From an uncultured Planctomycetaceae bacterium (GTDB lineage: Bacteria > Planctomycetota > Planctomycetia > Planctomycetales > Planctomycetaceae): a DNA stretch of 64,000 nucleotides. Shown here piece after piece: positions 21,190 to 32,937 of this stretch. The notes beneath the pieces were generated by a model. That model worked only from the letters and a program-made list of their open reading frames with translations. It was not told the DNA's origin and searched no databases. The position numbers and the translations under genes were made by a program. How positions within the stretch are numbered: the stretch's first letter is position 1; every line of letters begins with the position of its first letter. The DNA lies in assembly GCA_963815195.1 (NCBI GenBank), contig CAWFGE010000021.1:96001-160000 (forward strand), given 5' to 3'.

Positions 21190-22398
21190 ATGAAAAACGT
21201 CGTTCGAGTCGCCATCGTTGATCCCAATGATGCCACGCGCGGTCAGCTCAAGGACATGCTCCTGGGCATCGACCAGGTGTGGCTGGATGCGGATTGCTCG
21301 CGGTACGAATTCTTCACGGACGTGGTCTCGCAGTCGCATCCCGAAATCGCGCTGGTCTCGCTGGACGCCGACGCCCAAAAAGCCTTGATGCTGGTCGCCA
21401 AGCTCTCCCAGGAAATGCCGAGCACCAGCGTGCTCGTCCTCAGCAGTTCCCAGGAAGGCAGCCTGATCCTGCAAGCCATGCGGAATGGGGCCAAGGAATT
21501 CCTGAACTTCCCCTTAAACATCGAAGACTTCCTCGCGGCCCTCGATCGGATGCAACAAGCCGGCGGCGGACCGGGCGGCGACGGACGCGTGCGGTCGAGC
21601 CAGGTCATCACGGTCGCCGGCGTGGGCGGAGGCGTGGGCTGCACGTCCCTGGCGATCAACCTCGCCTGCATTCTGGCCCAGAACGATCGCAACAGCGTCG
21701 CGATGATCGACCTGGACCTCGCCCTCGGCGATGCGGACATCTGGCTCGACATCATTCCCGATTACACGATCCACGACGTGGCGGAGAACATCACTCGCCT
21801 GGATTACTCGCTGCTCAAACGCTCGCTGACCAAGCACGACTGCGGGGCCTTCCTGCTGCCGCGCCCCGTGCAAATGGACAACACCACCGCGATCACGCCC
21901 GACGAACTCCGCCGGGTGCTCACGCTGCTCAAAGCCACGTTCACGCACCTGGTGATCGACGTGAGCAAATCGTTTGGGGCGCTCGATCTGGCGGCGATGG
22001 AAAACTCGGACGCGGTGCTGCTCGTGACGCAGCTCGACTTGTCCTGCCTGCGGAACGTCGTGCGGATGATGCAGTTTTTCGATCTGAACGAGGAGCTCGC
22101 GGAAAAAATTCAAATCGTCGTCAACCGCCTCGGGCTCGAAGATTCCCAGATCAGTCTGAACAAAGCCCTCGAAACCATCGGCCGCGACATCACCTGGCAG
22201 ATCCCCAACGACTACGCCACGATGGTCGATTCCCGCAACAACGGCGTCCCGCTGATCACCCGCGCCCCGAAGGCCAAGGTCACCAAGGCCCTGGAAAAAA
22301 TGGCCCGCAGCTTCGACAGCGCCGCGGCCCGCGACGGCGATGCCGACGACGAGAAAAAAACCCGCAAAGGGTTGTTCGGCTTTCTCTCGAGCAAATAG
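21190..22398 (+). CDS. cpaE: CpaE/TadZ pilus localization protein (receiver-like plus MinD/ParA-type ATPase domain)
   Basis: N-terminal receiver-like fold (AMRNGAKEFL), deviant Walker A GVGGGVGCTSLAINLA, IDLDLALGD, IPNDY, NNGVPL. Confidence 0.9.
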   Translation: MKNVVRVAIVDPNDATRGQLKDMLLGIDQVWLDADCSRYEFFTDVVSQSHPEIALVSLDADAQKALMLVAKLSQEMPSTSVLVLSSSQEGSLILQAMRNGAKEFLNFPLNIEDFLAALDRMQQAGGGPGGDGRVRSSQVITVAGVGGGVGCTSLAINLACILAQNDRNSVAMIDLDLALGDADIWLDIIPDYTIHDVAENITRLDYSLLKRSLTKHDCGAFLLPRPVQMDNTTAITPDELRRVLTLLKATFTHLVIDVSKSFGALDLAAMENSDAVLLVTQLDLSCLRNVVRMMQFFDLNEELAEKIQIVVNRLGLEDSQISLNKALETIGRDITWQIPNDYATMVDSRNNGVPLITRAPKAKVTKALEKMARSFDSAAARDGDADDEKKTRKGLFGFLSSK

Positions 22399-22434
22399 CC
22401 ACTCCGCCCATGATCGCTACAAAATCATGGGCTT

Positions 22435-22548
22435 GAGCCTGCGCACGAAGTAAGCGGTCTTGCGTTTTGTGAATCCCTGAAAAACGCTTACTTCGTGCGC
22501 GGCTCTTGAAACATGAAAAACGCTTACTTCGTGCGCGGCTCTTGAACA
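22435..22548. repeat. REP-like cluster: one inverted copy plus two adjacent direct ~36-bp copies
   Basis: TGAAAAACGCTTACTTCGTGCGCGGCTCTTGAA(A)CA at 22478-22513 and 22514-22548; inverted GAGCCTGCGCACGAAGTAAGCG at 22435-22456. Confidence 0.85.
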
Positions 22549-22562
22549 TTCATCCGGCAATG

Positions 22563-24011
22563 TTACTCGGCGGATTTCCATGCGGGATCGCCCGCATCTT
22601 TGGGCAAGGCCTTGTTCCACTCGGTGACGAGCCCGTGCAAACGGTCGGCGATGTCCGGGTGCTTCGCCACAACGTTCTTAGTTTCCGAAACGTCGGCCTC
22701 GAGGTTGTATAGCTGCCGATCGCTGCCGTCGTAGTTGACGTAATACTTCCACGGGCCCTGGCGGACGGCGAGGTCGGGGTTGTCCTCCTGTTTTGTTCCC
22801 GGACGGTCGGGCGGGCGTCGCCAGAAAATCGGGGCGGTGCGGCTGTCCTGTTTCTTGCCGAGCAGCGTGGCCGACAGATCTTCGCCGTCGAGATTGGCTC
22901 CCGGCTCCGGTTCGATTCCGGCGAGGGTGTATAGCGACCGGTTCACATCGAGAGCGCACAGGACGGACGTTTTGTTCGTCGTCCCGGCCGCGCCGTCGGC
23001 GAGAAAGCCCGGCCCCCACACGATCAACGGCGAACGCACGCCGCCTTCATAAAGCCAGGTCTTCGAGCCGCGGAGCGGAGCCGCCGAACCTGCGCCCGCT
23101 TCGGGGCCGTTGTCCGACATCACCAGGATCAGCGTGTTTCGCGCGAGCGACTTGTCCCCGCGAATGCGGTCAAACAGCGTGCCCAACTGCTCGTCCATTG
23201 CATCGAGCACGGCATAGTACAGGGCTTTTTTCGACTCGTCGGTTTTGTCGCGGAGCACCTTGGGCGGAAAGAACGGCGAATGCACATCGTCGGGCCAGAT
23301 GTTGACGAAAAACGGCTTCCCGTCCGCTTGGGCTTCGTCGATGAACGCGCCCGCGTCCTTCACAAACGCCGCCGTCACCACCGAGCGGTCCTCCCAGCGG
23401 ATCGGTCCGTGGCCGAGCTTCGCGGAGCCCAGGTCGTGTTTCCGCGGCGGCTTTCCGTCGTAGGCGTCTTTGAGCGGCAGCACCCGGGGGCCGAGGCCTT
23501 CAAAATTCGTGAGGCTGCGATCGAACCCGTACTTGGAAATGAGCGGAGCCTCCCCCACATCCCGCTGGCCGCCCATGTGCCATTTGCCGAAGTGCCCCGT
23601 CCTATAGCCGGCCTTGTGGAGTTGCCGGGCCAGCATGGGGGCCTGGGGATCGAGCCATTGCGCGATGCCGCGATCGCGGTTGAGCTGCCGGGCTGCGAGA
23701 TACGAGCTGATCCGCCAGCGCTGCGGATATTGCCCGGTGGAAAGCGCGACCCGCGACGGCGAGCAGATCGGCGAGTTGACGTAGAAGTTCGTAAACCGCA
23801 GCCCGTCCTCGGCGAGCGCATCGATATTCTCGGTCCGCGCGCGGTCTCCCGCGAAGCACGACAGGTCCGACCAGCCCATGTCGTCGATGAACACCGTGAC
23901 GATGTTCGGACGCGTGGCGTTGGGACGATCGTCCGCCCAGACCCGGCCCGGCCAAAGCAGCATCAGACCGAGAAAGAGCACGTTCCAAATTCGACGCGGA
24001 TCGTTCATCAT
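22563..24011 (-). CDS. Formylglycine-dependent sulfatase (S1), secreted
   Basis: Signal peptide, RPNIVTVFIDDMG, CSPSR (CxPxR), GYRTGHFGKWHMG, SDNG, LYEGGVRSP. Start MMNDP follows a GGAG RBS. Confidence 0.93.
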   Translation of the reverse strand: MMNDPRRIWNVLFLGLMLLWPGRVWADDRPNATRPNIVTVFIDDMGWSDLSCFAGDRARTENIDALAEDGLRFTNFYVNSPICSPSRVALSTGQYPQRWRISSYLAARQLNRDRGIAQWLDPQAPMLARQLHKAGYRTGHFGKWHMGGQRDVGEAPLISKYGFDRSLTNFEGLGPRVLPLKDAYDGKPPRKHDLGSAKLGHGPIRWEDRSVVTAAFVKDAGAFIDEAQADGKPFFVNIWPDDVHSPFFPPKVLRDKTDESKKALYYAVLDAMDEQLGTLFDRIRGDKSLARNTLILVMSDNGPEAGAGSAAPLRGSKTWLYEGGVRSPLIVWGPGFLADGAAGTTNKTSVLCALDVNRSLYTLAGIEPEPGANLDGEDLSATLLGKKQDSRTAPIFWRRPPDRPGTKQEDNPDLAVRQGPWKYYVNYDGSDRQLYNLEADVSETKNVVAKHPDIADRLHGLVTEWNKALPKDAGDPAWKSAE

Positions 24012-24030
24012 GTTTTCGCTCCGAGGAGGC

Positions 24031-24777
24031 TTAAGAAATCTGAATCCGGCCCGTCTCACGGTGGTATTCAGGAACGATGTGGAACCGGTTGCGTTTCGCG
24101 GCCCAACGGATGTCCGCCTCATATCCCAGGGCCAGCAAATTGCGGCCGCCGGCGCTTTCGCGGAGGGCCTCCAAGAACGCGGGTTCGCTTTGCGAATGGA
24201 CCGCGTACGACTCGAACGCCAGGCGGTTGGCATCGTTCTCGGTGAGGATTCGCCGCCCGCGCAACATTTGCAGATCGGAGATGAGCCCGCCCGCGCACAG
24301 CACATCCTCCGCCGACACCCGCCCGTCCGTGCCCGCGCACACGAGATGCACGGGGCGAAACGTTTTGCCGACCTCTTTGGCGACGGCATCCAAGTTCGCG
24401 AAACTGCCGATGACGATTCGCTCGGCGTGATGGCATTGCCCGAGGGCGTTGGTGCCGTTGGTCGTCGTGAACAGAATCGTCCGCCCGGCCACCGTTTCGG
24501 CGGTGTATTCCGCCGGCGAATTGCCGAGGTCGAAGCCCTCGATCTTCACGCCGCCGCGCTCGCCCCCCATTAAAAACGAACCGGCTGGCAGACTCAATGC
24601 GCGTTCTCTCGCTTCAGACACGTGGCCGAAAGGAACCACCGCGTCCGCCCCCGCGGCGAGAGCCTGGGAGATCGTGGTGGAGGCCCGTAACACGTCGATC
24701 ACCACCGCAACCCCGCCCCGCAAATCTTCGGGTGAGAACATCGTGGGCAGCCAATGAACGAAAACCGATTGGGTCAT
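24031..24777 (-). CDS. comB: 2-phosphosulfolactate phosphatase family protein
   Basis: VVIDVLRASTTI, GGERGGVKIEGFDLGNSP, TTTNGT, CAG and EDVLCAG motifs. Confidence 0.92.
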   Translation of the reverse strand: MTQSVFVHWLPTMFSPEDLRGGVAVVIDVLRASTTISQALAAGADAVVPFGHVSEARERALSLPAGSFLMGGERGGVKIEGFDLGNSPAEYTAETVAGRTILFTTTNGTNALGQCHHAERIVIGSFANLDAVAKEVGKTFRPVHLVCAGTDGRVSAEDVLCAGGLISDLQMLRGRRILTENDANRLAFESYAVHSQSEPAFLEALRESAGGRNLLALGYEADIRWAAKRNRFHIVPEYHRETGRIQIS

Positions 24778-25023
24778 GCCGCGATAATAGAACCGCCCCC
24801 GGCGTCGGGCAAGCGTTGCGCGAAGGTCGTCCCCGTTTCAGACCGCCCTGGCGGGGGATTATTACGAAGCTCCTAGTAACTTCTAAGTCGTTTCAAGGCA
24901 ATGGGTTAAAGGTCTGTCGCGTGCCAGGCCGGTGATTTTCCTCCATTTCCTCTGATGCGGAAAATCCGCACAACCGATTTCTTCATTAGAAGCGTCAAGG
25001 TTTGAGGCGGGAATCTCCGTGGG

Positions 25024-26525
25024 ATGGAAATGGTTCGCACCATGAGCGAGATGGCCCTGTTCACTCGAGGATTAAGATTTCTGTTTTCCGGAGTGCTGCT
25101 CCTGGCGGGGCTCTCGGGGTGTTACCTTCTCCCCAAGCCGCCGTCGCCGCGGCCGTCGGTCAATGCAGACCTCGTGTCCCGGACGGATTTCACCTTGGCC
25201 CCTGAGGCCGAACCCGGCCAGGTGCTGTTGCCGGACTGCGTTTTCCTGGACGATGGCGTGACCGCCGACGATGCCGTGATGGTCGCGCTGTGGAACAACG
25301 CGGCCTTTCAGGAACTCTTGGCCGGCTTGGGGCTTTCGCGCGCCGAGTTGTACAACGCCGGATTAATCCCCGATCCCATCTTGCAGAGCTTCTGGCCCAT
25401 CGGGGTGAAGCAATTGGAAAATACTTTATACCAAAGCTTCACCATGATTTGGCTTCAGCCCACTCAGAAGAAGGCGGCCCAGGCCGACCTGGACCAACTC
25501 GCCCACCAACTCGTCCAGAACGGACTGGACGTGATCCGCGACACCCGGCTCGCGCATGCGGATTGGCTGATGGCCCAGCAGCAACTGAAAGTCGCCGAAG
25601 AAATGCGGGACTTGCGGCAGGAACTGAGGCGCCTGGCCCTGCGGCGAAACGAAGCGGGGGCCATCAGCGAATTGGAAGCCGTCGCCCCGCTGCTCGACCA
25701 ACTCAACGCCGAGTCGGATATCGCCCGTCTCCAGGGAGACGTGCAGGCGGCCCGCGCTCGGCTGTTGTTTCTAATGGGCCTTCCCGAGGATGGCCGGCCT
25801 CTCGTCGCGGTGGCGGACGAATATCACCCGGTCGAAGTTCCGCCGGCGGAGGCGGTGCTGGCCGAGGCGTTCGAGGTGCGGCCCGATTTGCTCGCCGCGC
25901 GGTATGCGATGGAGGCGGCCCGCCAACGGGTCAAGCTGCAAAAACGGCAGAGCGTCACGATCGACGGCATTGCGGACTCCAACAGCCGAGGCATCAAAGG
26001 ATTTGAAATCGGTCCGGGGAACAGGTTTAGCATTCCGATCTTTAACGCGAACCACGGGAACATCGCCATCGCCGAGGCCCAGTACGAAATCGCGAAGCGG
26101 CGATACGTCACGGTCCGCAATCAAGTGCAACAGGACGTGCTCGTGGCCCGCGCCCGCCTCGCGCAGGCCTCGAACAACTTGACCCTCGTGGAAAATAAAA
26201 TCCTCCCCGCGACCCGGAACGCGTCGGAACTCGCGAAGAAAAACTTCGAAGGCGGCGGGGCGTCTTATGTGCTGACCTTGCAAACCGTCGGGCAGAACCT
26301 GACAGCTCAAACGACCAAAGCGACCTTGATGGCCGATCTCGCCCGGCGCTGGCCGAGATGGAGCGCAGCATCGGCCATCAAATCGAACTGCCGCCCGCGC
26401 CGGAGCCGATGCAAAGCGATTTGCCGCCCGCTCCAACCGAGGAAAACGCGCCGGGCACTCCGCAATCGGCCGCGCCCAACCTGCCGCCGTGCCGCCCGGT
26501 GTCGCACCGCACCGCCGGATTGTGA
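25024..26525 (+). CDS. TolC/CzcC family outer-membrane efflux lipoprotein (frameshift near 26345)
   Basis: Lipobox LAGLSGC, two coiled-coil halves, RPDL and SIPIFNANHGNI. An alternative frame gives ALAEMERSIG...GL* ending at 26525. First gene of the RND operon. Confidence 0.85.
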
Positions 26526-26640
26526 TAAAACAGGTCAAAGCGGGAATTCCAGTTTTCGGCCGAAGGCGTTTTTCGTCGCGGCGGCTTCCAATCGCCGCGA
26601 CGACTTAGCTTAGGACCATTCGAGAAAAAGCTGTCGAATT

Positions 26641-26704
26641 ATCAGTCGGAACGCGCTAGCGTCCGGTTCTTACCGTGAACCGGGGCTAGCGCCCTGCGGC
26701 TAAT
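26641..26704. repeat. Inverted REP-like pair
   Basis: ATCAGTCGGAACGCGCTAGCGTCCGGTT followed by AACCGGGGCTAGCGCCCTGCGGCTAAT. Confidence 0.75.
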
Positions 26705-26798
26705 AAATGCGACAATTATCGACCGAGCGATCCTGCGCGAATTGATCCTTCGTCCCAAACGACCCGACGGTTACAGGTCTTAGATGGGAAGGACAGCC

Positions 26799-28076
26799 AT
26801 GAAACGTATGCAGTTAATGATCGCCCTGGCGCTCGCCGTTTTCGCGGCGGGATGCGGGGCGGGACGTTCCAAGGCCAAGCCGGAGAAGACCGCCCCGGCG
26901 AAGGTCGAAGTTCATCCCAACGAGCGGGACATCTACCGCATCACGCTCACGCCCAAGGCCGAGTCCCGCTTGGGGATCCAGACGGTGCCGTTAGCCGTCA
27001 AACCGCTGCCCCGGCACCGCACGGTGGGCGGGGTGTTGATGCTTCCCGACGGGGCCTCGCTGATGGTCACCGCGCCCGTTTCGGGAACGGTGCAGATGCC
27101 GCAGTCCAGCGACACGCCGCTGCCCGGCTCCAAGCTGACTCTGGGCGAGAAAGTCTTAACGATCAACCCTCTGCTCTCGCCGGAGCGCTACGTGCCTTCG
27201 CCCGCCGAGCGCGTGCAGATGGCGAACGCCCAGGTGTCTTTGGTGACGGCTCAAGTGCAGGCGTCGGGGGACGTCAATCGCTCCGAAGAGGAGACAAAAG
27301 CCGCCCAGATCGCTTTGGCCCGGGCCGAGCGGCTCTTGAAAGACCGCGCGGGACCGGCCCAGGATGTGGACACGGCCAAGGCGCAGTTGGCGATCGCCCA
27401 GGAAGCCCTCAAAGCCGCGAACCAGCGATTGAAGGCCCTCGAAAACATCCGCCTGGACGTCGATCCCTCGCCCTCGACCGGAGCCACCAAAGACGCGAAG
27501 CCGCTGCCGATCACCGCGCCGCAATCGGGCGTGTTGCAGAACGTCTCGGTCGCGGACGGGCAATATGTCACGGCCGGGGCCGCTCTCTTTCAGATCATCA
27601 AGTTGGATACCTTATGGGTCCGCGTGCCGGTGTATGTGGGGCTGCTCGATCAGATTCAATCGTCTTCGATGGTGCAGGTGCGAATGCTCGATCAGCCGCA
27701 AACGAAATCCGTCACCGCCCAACAGATCACCGCACCGCCCACGGCCGATCCGCTCGCGGCGACGGCGGATTTGTATTTCGCGATCGCCAATCCCCACGCC
27801 GAATTTCGTCCCGGCGAACGCGTCGATGTGACCTTGCCGCTCAATACCGACGAACCGCGAAAAGTCATTCCCCGCGACGCGGTGCTCTGGGACATCCAGG
27901 GCACGAGTTGGGTCTACGTGCATTCGGGGCCGAACGAATACCGCCGGGAACGCATCTGGATTGATTTCACCACCGAGACCGAAGCCGCGCTCAAATACGG
28001 CCCCGATGCGGGGACCGAAGTCGTCACCGCCGGCGCGGCCGAATTGTTTGGCACCGAATTTGGAGCGAAAAAATGA
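26799..28076 (+). CDS. RND efflux periplasmic adaptor (CzcB/CusB-like)
   Basis: Lipobox [48 protein letters not shown] overlap with the permease. Confidence 0.9.
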   Translation: MKRMQLMIALALAVFAAGCGAGRSKAKPEKTAPAKVEVHPNERDIYRITLTPKAESRLGIQTVPLAVKPLPRHRTVGGVLMLPDGASLMVTAPVSGTVQMPQSSDTPLPGSKLTLGEKVLTINPLLSPERYVPSPAERVQMANAQVSLVTAQVQASGDVNRSEEETKAAQIALARAERLLKDRAGPAQDVDTAKAQLAIAQEALKAANQRLKALENIRLDVDPSPSTGATKDAKPLPITAPQSGVLQNVSVADGQYVTAGAALFQIIKLDTLWVRVPVYVGLLDQIQSSSMVQVRMLDQPQTKSVTAQQITAPPTADPLAATADLYFAIANPHAEFRPGERVDVTLPLNTDEPRKVIPRDAVLWDIQGTSWVYVHSGPNEYRRERIWIDFTTETEAALKYGPDAGTEVVTAGAAELFGTEFGAKK

Positions 28077-31000
28077 CCTGGCTGGTTTCCACTTCTCTCC
28101 GGTTTCGCGTGCTGGTGTTGGCGGCGGCGATTGTGTTGATGGTCGTCGGCATTCGCACCGCGGATGACTTGCCGCTCGATGTGTTTCCCGAGTTCGCTCC
28201 GCCTCTGGTCGAAATCCAGACCGAAGCCCCCGGCTTATCGACGACCGAAGTCGAAAGCCTGGTCACCGTGCCCATCGAAAACTCCTTGAATGGCATTCCC
28301 TACGTGCAAACCGTGCGGTCCAATTCGGTGGAAGGGCTGTCTTCGGTGCGGCTGATTTTCAAGCAGGGGATGGATTTGCTCACCGCCCGGCAGCTCGTGC
28401 AGGAGCGGTTGTCGTTGAGCGCGTCGCAATTGCCCGCCGCGTCCCGGCAGCCGGTGATCCTGCCGCCCTTGTCTTCCCTGAGCCGAGCCATGAAGATCGG
28501 CCTGTCGTCGAAAACGGTTTCGCAGATGGATATGACGGTCCTCTCCAAGTGGACGATCCGCCCGCGTTTGATGGCGATTGAAGGCGTCGCCAACGTCGCG
28601 ATCTGGGGGGATTACGACCGGCAGTTTCAGGTGCTGGTCAATCCCGACCGCCTGCGGGCCAGCAACATCACGTTGAACACCGTCGTGCAATCCGTCCGGC
28701 AATCGACGGTGGTCGGCTCCGGCGGATTTCTCGACACGCCTAACCAGCGGATCGCGATCCGGCACGTCAGCCCCATTTATAATGAATCCGACCTCGAGTC
28801 CACGGTCGTCGCGCATCGCAACAACACGCCGCTCTTGTTGGGAGACGTGGCGGACGTGCGGATCGGCTCGCCCCCGCCGATCGGCGATGCGATCATCAAC
28901 GACGGCCCGGGCATTATGCTGATCGTCGAAAAGCAGCCCTGGGCGAACACGCTGGAAGTCACCCGCAACGTGGAAGCCGCGATGGAGGCCTTAAAACCGG
29001 CCCTCGGCGGCGTGGAAGTGGATACGACCATCTTCCGACCGGCCACATTCATCGAGCGGGCCCTCGACAACCTCTCGCGGTCGCTGCTCATCGGCTGTTT
29101 ATTGGTGATCGTCGTCTTGTCGCTGTTTTTGTTTGATTGGCGGGCGGCGTTGATTAGCTGCCTCGCAATTCCGCTGTCCTTGACCGCCGCGGCGATGCTG
29201 CTCTTTTATCGCGGCGGCACGATCAACACCATGGTGCTCGCCGGGCTGATTATCGCCTTGGGCGAAGTCGTGGACGATGCCATCATCGACGTGGAAAATA
29301 TTCTTCGTCGATTAAAGCTCAACCGCGAATCCGCGAATCCGCAGTCGGCGTTTCGCGTGGTGTTCGAGCGCATCGCTCGAAGTCCGCAGCGCCGTGGTGT
29401 ATGCCACGCTGATTGTCGTGTTGACGCTGCTCCCCGTGTTCTTTCTCGAAGGTCTCGCGGGCTCGTTCTTCCGGCCGCTCGCGGGGGCTTATGTGTTGGC
29501 GATCATGGCTTCGCTCGCCGTGGCGCTCACCGTGACGCCGGCGTTGTCGTTGATGCTCCTCCCCAAAGCGGCGATGCGAAGGCAAGACGCCCCGCTGACG
29601 CGGCTGCTCAAAGGCGGATATCGGCGGGTGCTGCCTTTACTCATGTCGCAGCCCGTCATCGTCGGCGGATTGACGCTCGCGGTGTTCGTCGCGGCGTGTT
29701 TTTCGGTGCCCATGTTGGGTGAAGAGCTGATGCCCAAGTTCAAGGAGACCGACTTTCTGATGCACTGGGTCGAGAAGCCGGGCATCGGGATCGATGCGAT
29801 GGACCGCGTCACCATCCGGGCCAGCAAGGAGTTGCGGGGGATCGACGGGGTGCGGAATTTCGGCTCGCACATCGGCCGAGCCGCCGCCGCCGATGAAGTC
29901 GTCGGCCCGAACTTCACCGAGCTGTGGATCAGCATCGACAACAACGAAAACTACGATGAGACGGTCGCGAAGGTCCAAGAAACCGTGGACGGCTATCCGG
30001 GGCTGTACCGCGACCTTTTGACCTATCTCACGGAGCGGATCAAAGAGGTGCTCAGCGGAGCGAGCGGTGCGGTGGTGATTCGCATCTTCGGTCCCGAACT
30101 CGACGAACTCCGGGCTAAAGCCGACGAGGTCGCCGCCGCGATCGAAGATGTCGAGGGCGTCTCAAATCTCAAGGTCGAGCAGCAAGTCCTGGTGCCGCAG
30201 GTCGTCGTGCGGTTTCGGCCGCAGGCCGCGGCGATCTTCGGCTTGACGCCGGGCGATGTGCTAAGCGCGACTTCGACCTGGATCAACGGCACCCGCGTCG
30301 GGGAGATCTATGAAGAGCAAAAAATCTTCGGCGTGGTCGTGTGGGGCGAAAAATCCGTCCGCCGGGACATCGACGCTCTGCGAAATTTGTTGATCGACAC
30401 GCCTTCCGGCGCGCAAGTGCCCCTGAAGGATGTCGCCGACATTTCCGTCGAGCCGGCTCCCAATTCCATCAAGCGCGAAGGCGCTTCCCGGCGGATCGAT
30501 GTGATCTTGAACGCCAGCGGCCGGGACTTGGGCAGCGTGGCCCGCGACGTCGAAAAAACCGTGCTGGAGAAAGTCTCTTTCGACCGCGGTTACCATCCCG
30601 AATTCCTGGGCGAATACGCCGAGGCCCAAGCCTCCCGGAAACGGCTGTTGTATTTGTCGATCGGCTCGATCGTCGGGATTCTGCTACTCCTTTACGTCGA
30701 TTTTCAATCGTGGAGACTCGTGCTGTTGATCTTTCTTGCGCTGCCGTTCGCCTTGATCGGCGGCGTAGCCGGGGCGTTTGTTTCCGGCGGCGTGATTTCG
30801 CTGGGTTCCTTGATCGGGTTTGTCACCGTCCTCGGCGTCGCGGCCCGGAATGGGATCATGCTGATCGAGCACTACCGCCATCTCCACGGCGAAGAACGCG
30901 TGCCCTTCGGGAAAGAACTCGTGCTTCGCGGCGCGGAAGAACGCTTGGCTCCGATCCTGATGACCGCCCTTACCACGGGTCTCGCGTTGGTGCCGCTCAT

Positions 31001-31172
31001 TGTCGGCGGCAACCTGCCCGGCCACGAAATCGAATACCCGATGGCCTTCGTCATCCTGGGCGGCTTGACGACTTCCACGCTTTTAAACCTCTTGGTCATC
31101 CCCCCGCTGTTCCTCCGCTTCGGCGAATCCGCTTTGCGAACCTCGCACGCCGCCGAGTCCCAAATGAGCTAA
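28073..31172 (+). CDS. CusA/CzcA family heavy-metal RND permease (frameshift near 29370)
   Basis: [42 protein letters not shown] and [10 protein letters not shown] motifs. ORFs 28073-29722 and 29394-31172 join into one ~1,030-aa protein. Confidence 0.93.
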
Positions 31173-31223
31173 TCCGCCACGCCCCTCCGCAAGGGAGTGT
31201 GTCTCACAAGAGTCGGTAGATTC

Positions 31224-31295
31224 GGGTGGCACGTCCCTGAGCCTCAGCGAAGGGCGTGGCCATCGCAAAGACCACGCCCTTCGTGCCTCAGGGCG
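31224..31295. repeat. GGGTGGCACG-type REP-like palindromic element
   Basis: Near-identical to the reverse complement of 51091-51178. Confidence 0.8.
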
Positions 31296-31422
31296 GAAGA
31301 ACCGAAAAATCGGCCGCACGCGTTTCTTGATGGAACGGCTTTGCAATGGACGAGGCCGGGGCGGCGGTTTATGATTTTGGTGATTGATCCTGTCCTGGAT
31401 TGCCGCTCTTTTCCGCATGATA

Positions 31423-31875
31423 ATGTCCAAACAAAACCTTCAACCCATCCAAGATGAAGTCGCGGAGCTGCGGGCTTTGATTCGCGGGGCCGGTTTGCGT
31501 TCCACCTCCGCCCGGCTGGCGGTGCTCAAGCATCTCCGCCAGGCCGATTCGCCGATCACCCATGCCGACCTCGCGGACGAGTTGGTGCCGCTGGGTTTTG
31601 ATAAAGCCACGATATTCCGCAATCTGTCCGACCTGACCGAGGCGAATCTGGTCACGCGGACGGAGTTGGGCGACCACGTCTGGCGGTTTGAAATTCGCGA
31701 TCCCGCAGATCCCAACGACGGCAAGCACCCGCACTTTGTCTGCGTGGATTGCGGCAAGGTGACCTGTTTTTCCGACATCACGTTCGGCAAAGCCACGCAG
31801 AAACGCACCGAACAAATCGGCCGCGTGACGGAGATTCTCCTCAAAGGCCATTGCCGTGAATGCGATGCCGTGTAA
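31423..31875 (+). CDS. Fur family transcriptional regulator
   Basis: GLRSTSARLAVL, DKATIFRNL, HPHFVCVDCG and C-terminal CREC. An alternative ATG is at 31417. Confidence 0.9.
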   Translation: MSKQNLQPIQDEVAELRALIRGAGLRSTSARLAVLKHLRQADSPITHADLADELVPLGFDKATIFRNLSDLTEANLVTRTELGDHVWRFEIRDPADPNDGKHPHFVCVDCGKVTCFSDITFGKATQKRTEQIGRVTEILLKGHCRECDAV

Positions 31876-31966
31876 ATCCTCGAAACTCTCGCGGGTTGGC
31901 GGGGTTTAATCTCAAATGGCAATTACGGTTCCACTTGTGTGATTTGAAAAAGGACAGGGGATTCTC

Positions 31967-32937
31967 ATGAAACGGCATTGGACGATTGGCATTTGTGCCC
32001 TCGGTTTGGCGGGGCTGGTTTGCAGTTCGGTAATGGGGCAGGAAGAAAAACCAGGCGACAACTCGCCGGCGGCATTGTTCGAGAAACTCGACGCCAACAA
32101 AGACGGCAAACTGACCAAAGACGAAGTCGGCGAAGAGCGGCGCGGTTTTTTAACCGGCTTATCCGCGTGGCCGACAAAAACGAAGACGGCGCGTTGACCA
32201 AGGAAGAATTCGTCGCCGGCAACCAACCGGCCGAGCGGCCCGCTCAGCCGCAAAACAACGGCGGCCGGTTCCAACGCGGCAGATTTCCCGGATTTCCCGG
32301 CGGTCCCAACATGTTTTCCGAAGAAGCCTTCAAGTGCCTGGACGCCAACAACGACGGCAAAGTCACGCTGTCGGAAGTCTCCTCCGACCGCGAAAAGAAC
32401 TTCGTGCGAATCATGCTCCGGCGGGCCGGCAAAGGCGAAGACGGGTCGCTGACCAAGGAAGATTTTCAACGTCCGGCCGGCCAACCAGGACAGGGATTTG
32501 GCGGTGGCGGTCCGCCGCTGTTGCGAATCCTGGATGCCGACCGCGATGGGAAAATCTCCAAAGAGGAACTCGCGAAAGCCGGCGAGAAGTTCAGCGAACT
32601 CGACCGCGACAAAGATGGCAGCCTCGATGCGCGGGAACTGTTCGGCCCGCGTCCCGACGGCAATCGGCCGGGACAGGCGAATCGCCCGGGCTTCGCCGCC
32701 GCCGTGACGGAACGCTTTATGGAGCAATACGACGCGAACAAGGACGGCAAACTCAGCGGCGACGAAATCCCCGAACGCGGCAAAGAGCGATTCACCGCTT
32801 GGGACGCGAACAAAGATGGGGAAGTCACCAAGGAAGAAATCACGGAGGGGATCCAAGGGTCGGCGGACCGCAGTCGCGGCGAGAACAACCGTCCGCGCCG
32901 CCCGTCGCGGCCCCAGCCCGAGAAGTCCGACAATTAA
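31967..32937 (+). CDS. Secreted multi-EF-hand protein (frameshift near 32140-32150)
   Basis: Signal peptide in ORF 31967-32197, continued by the frame of ORF 31978-32937. About 8 DxxxDGxxxxxE loops, one degenerate. Confidence 0.85.

Noticed and set aside
22478..22548. Two ~36-bp direct repeats ending in TTGAA(A)C, resembling CRISPR repeats
   Set aside because: No spacer between the copies, an inverted third copy nearby, and no cas genes. A REP cluster fits better.
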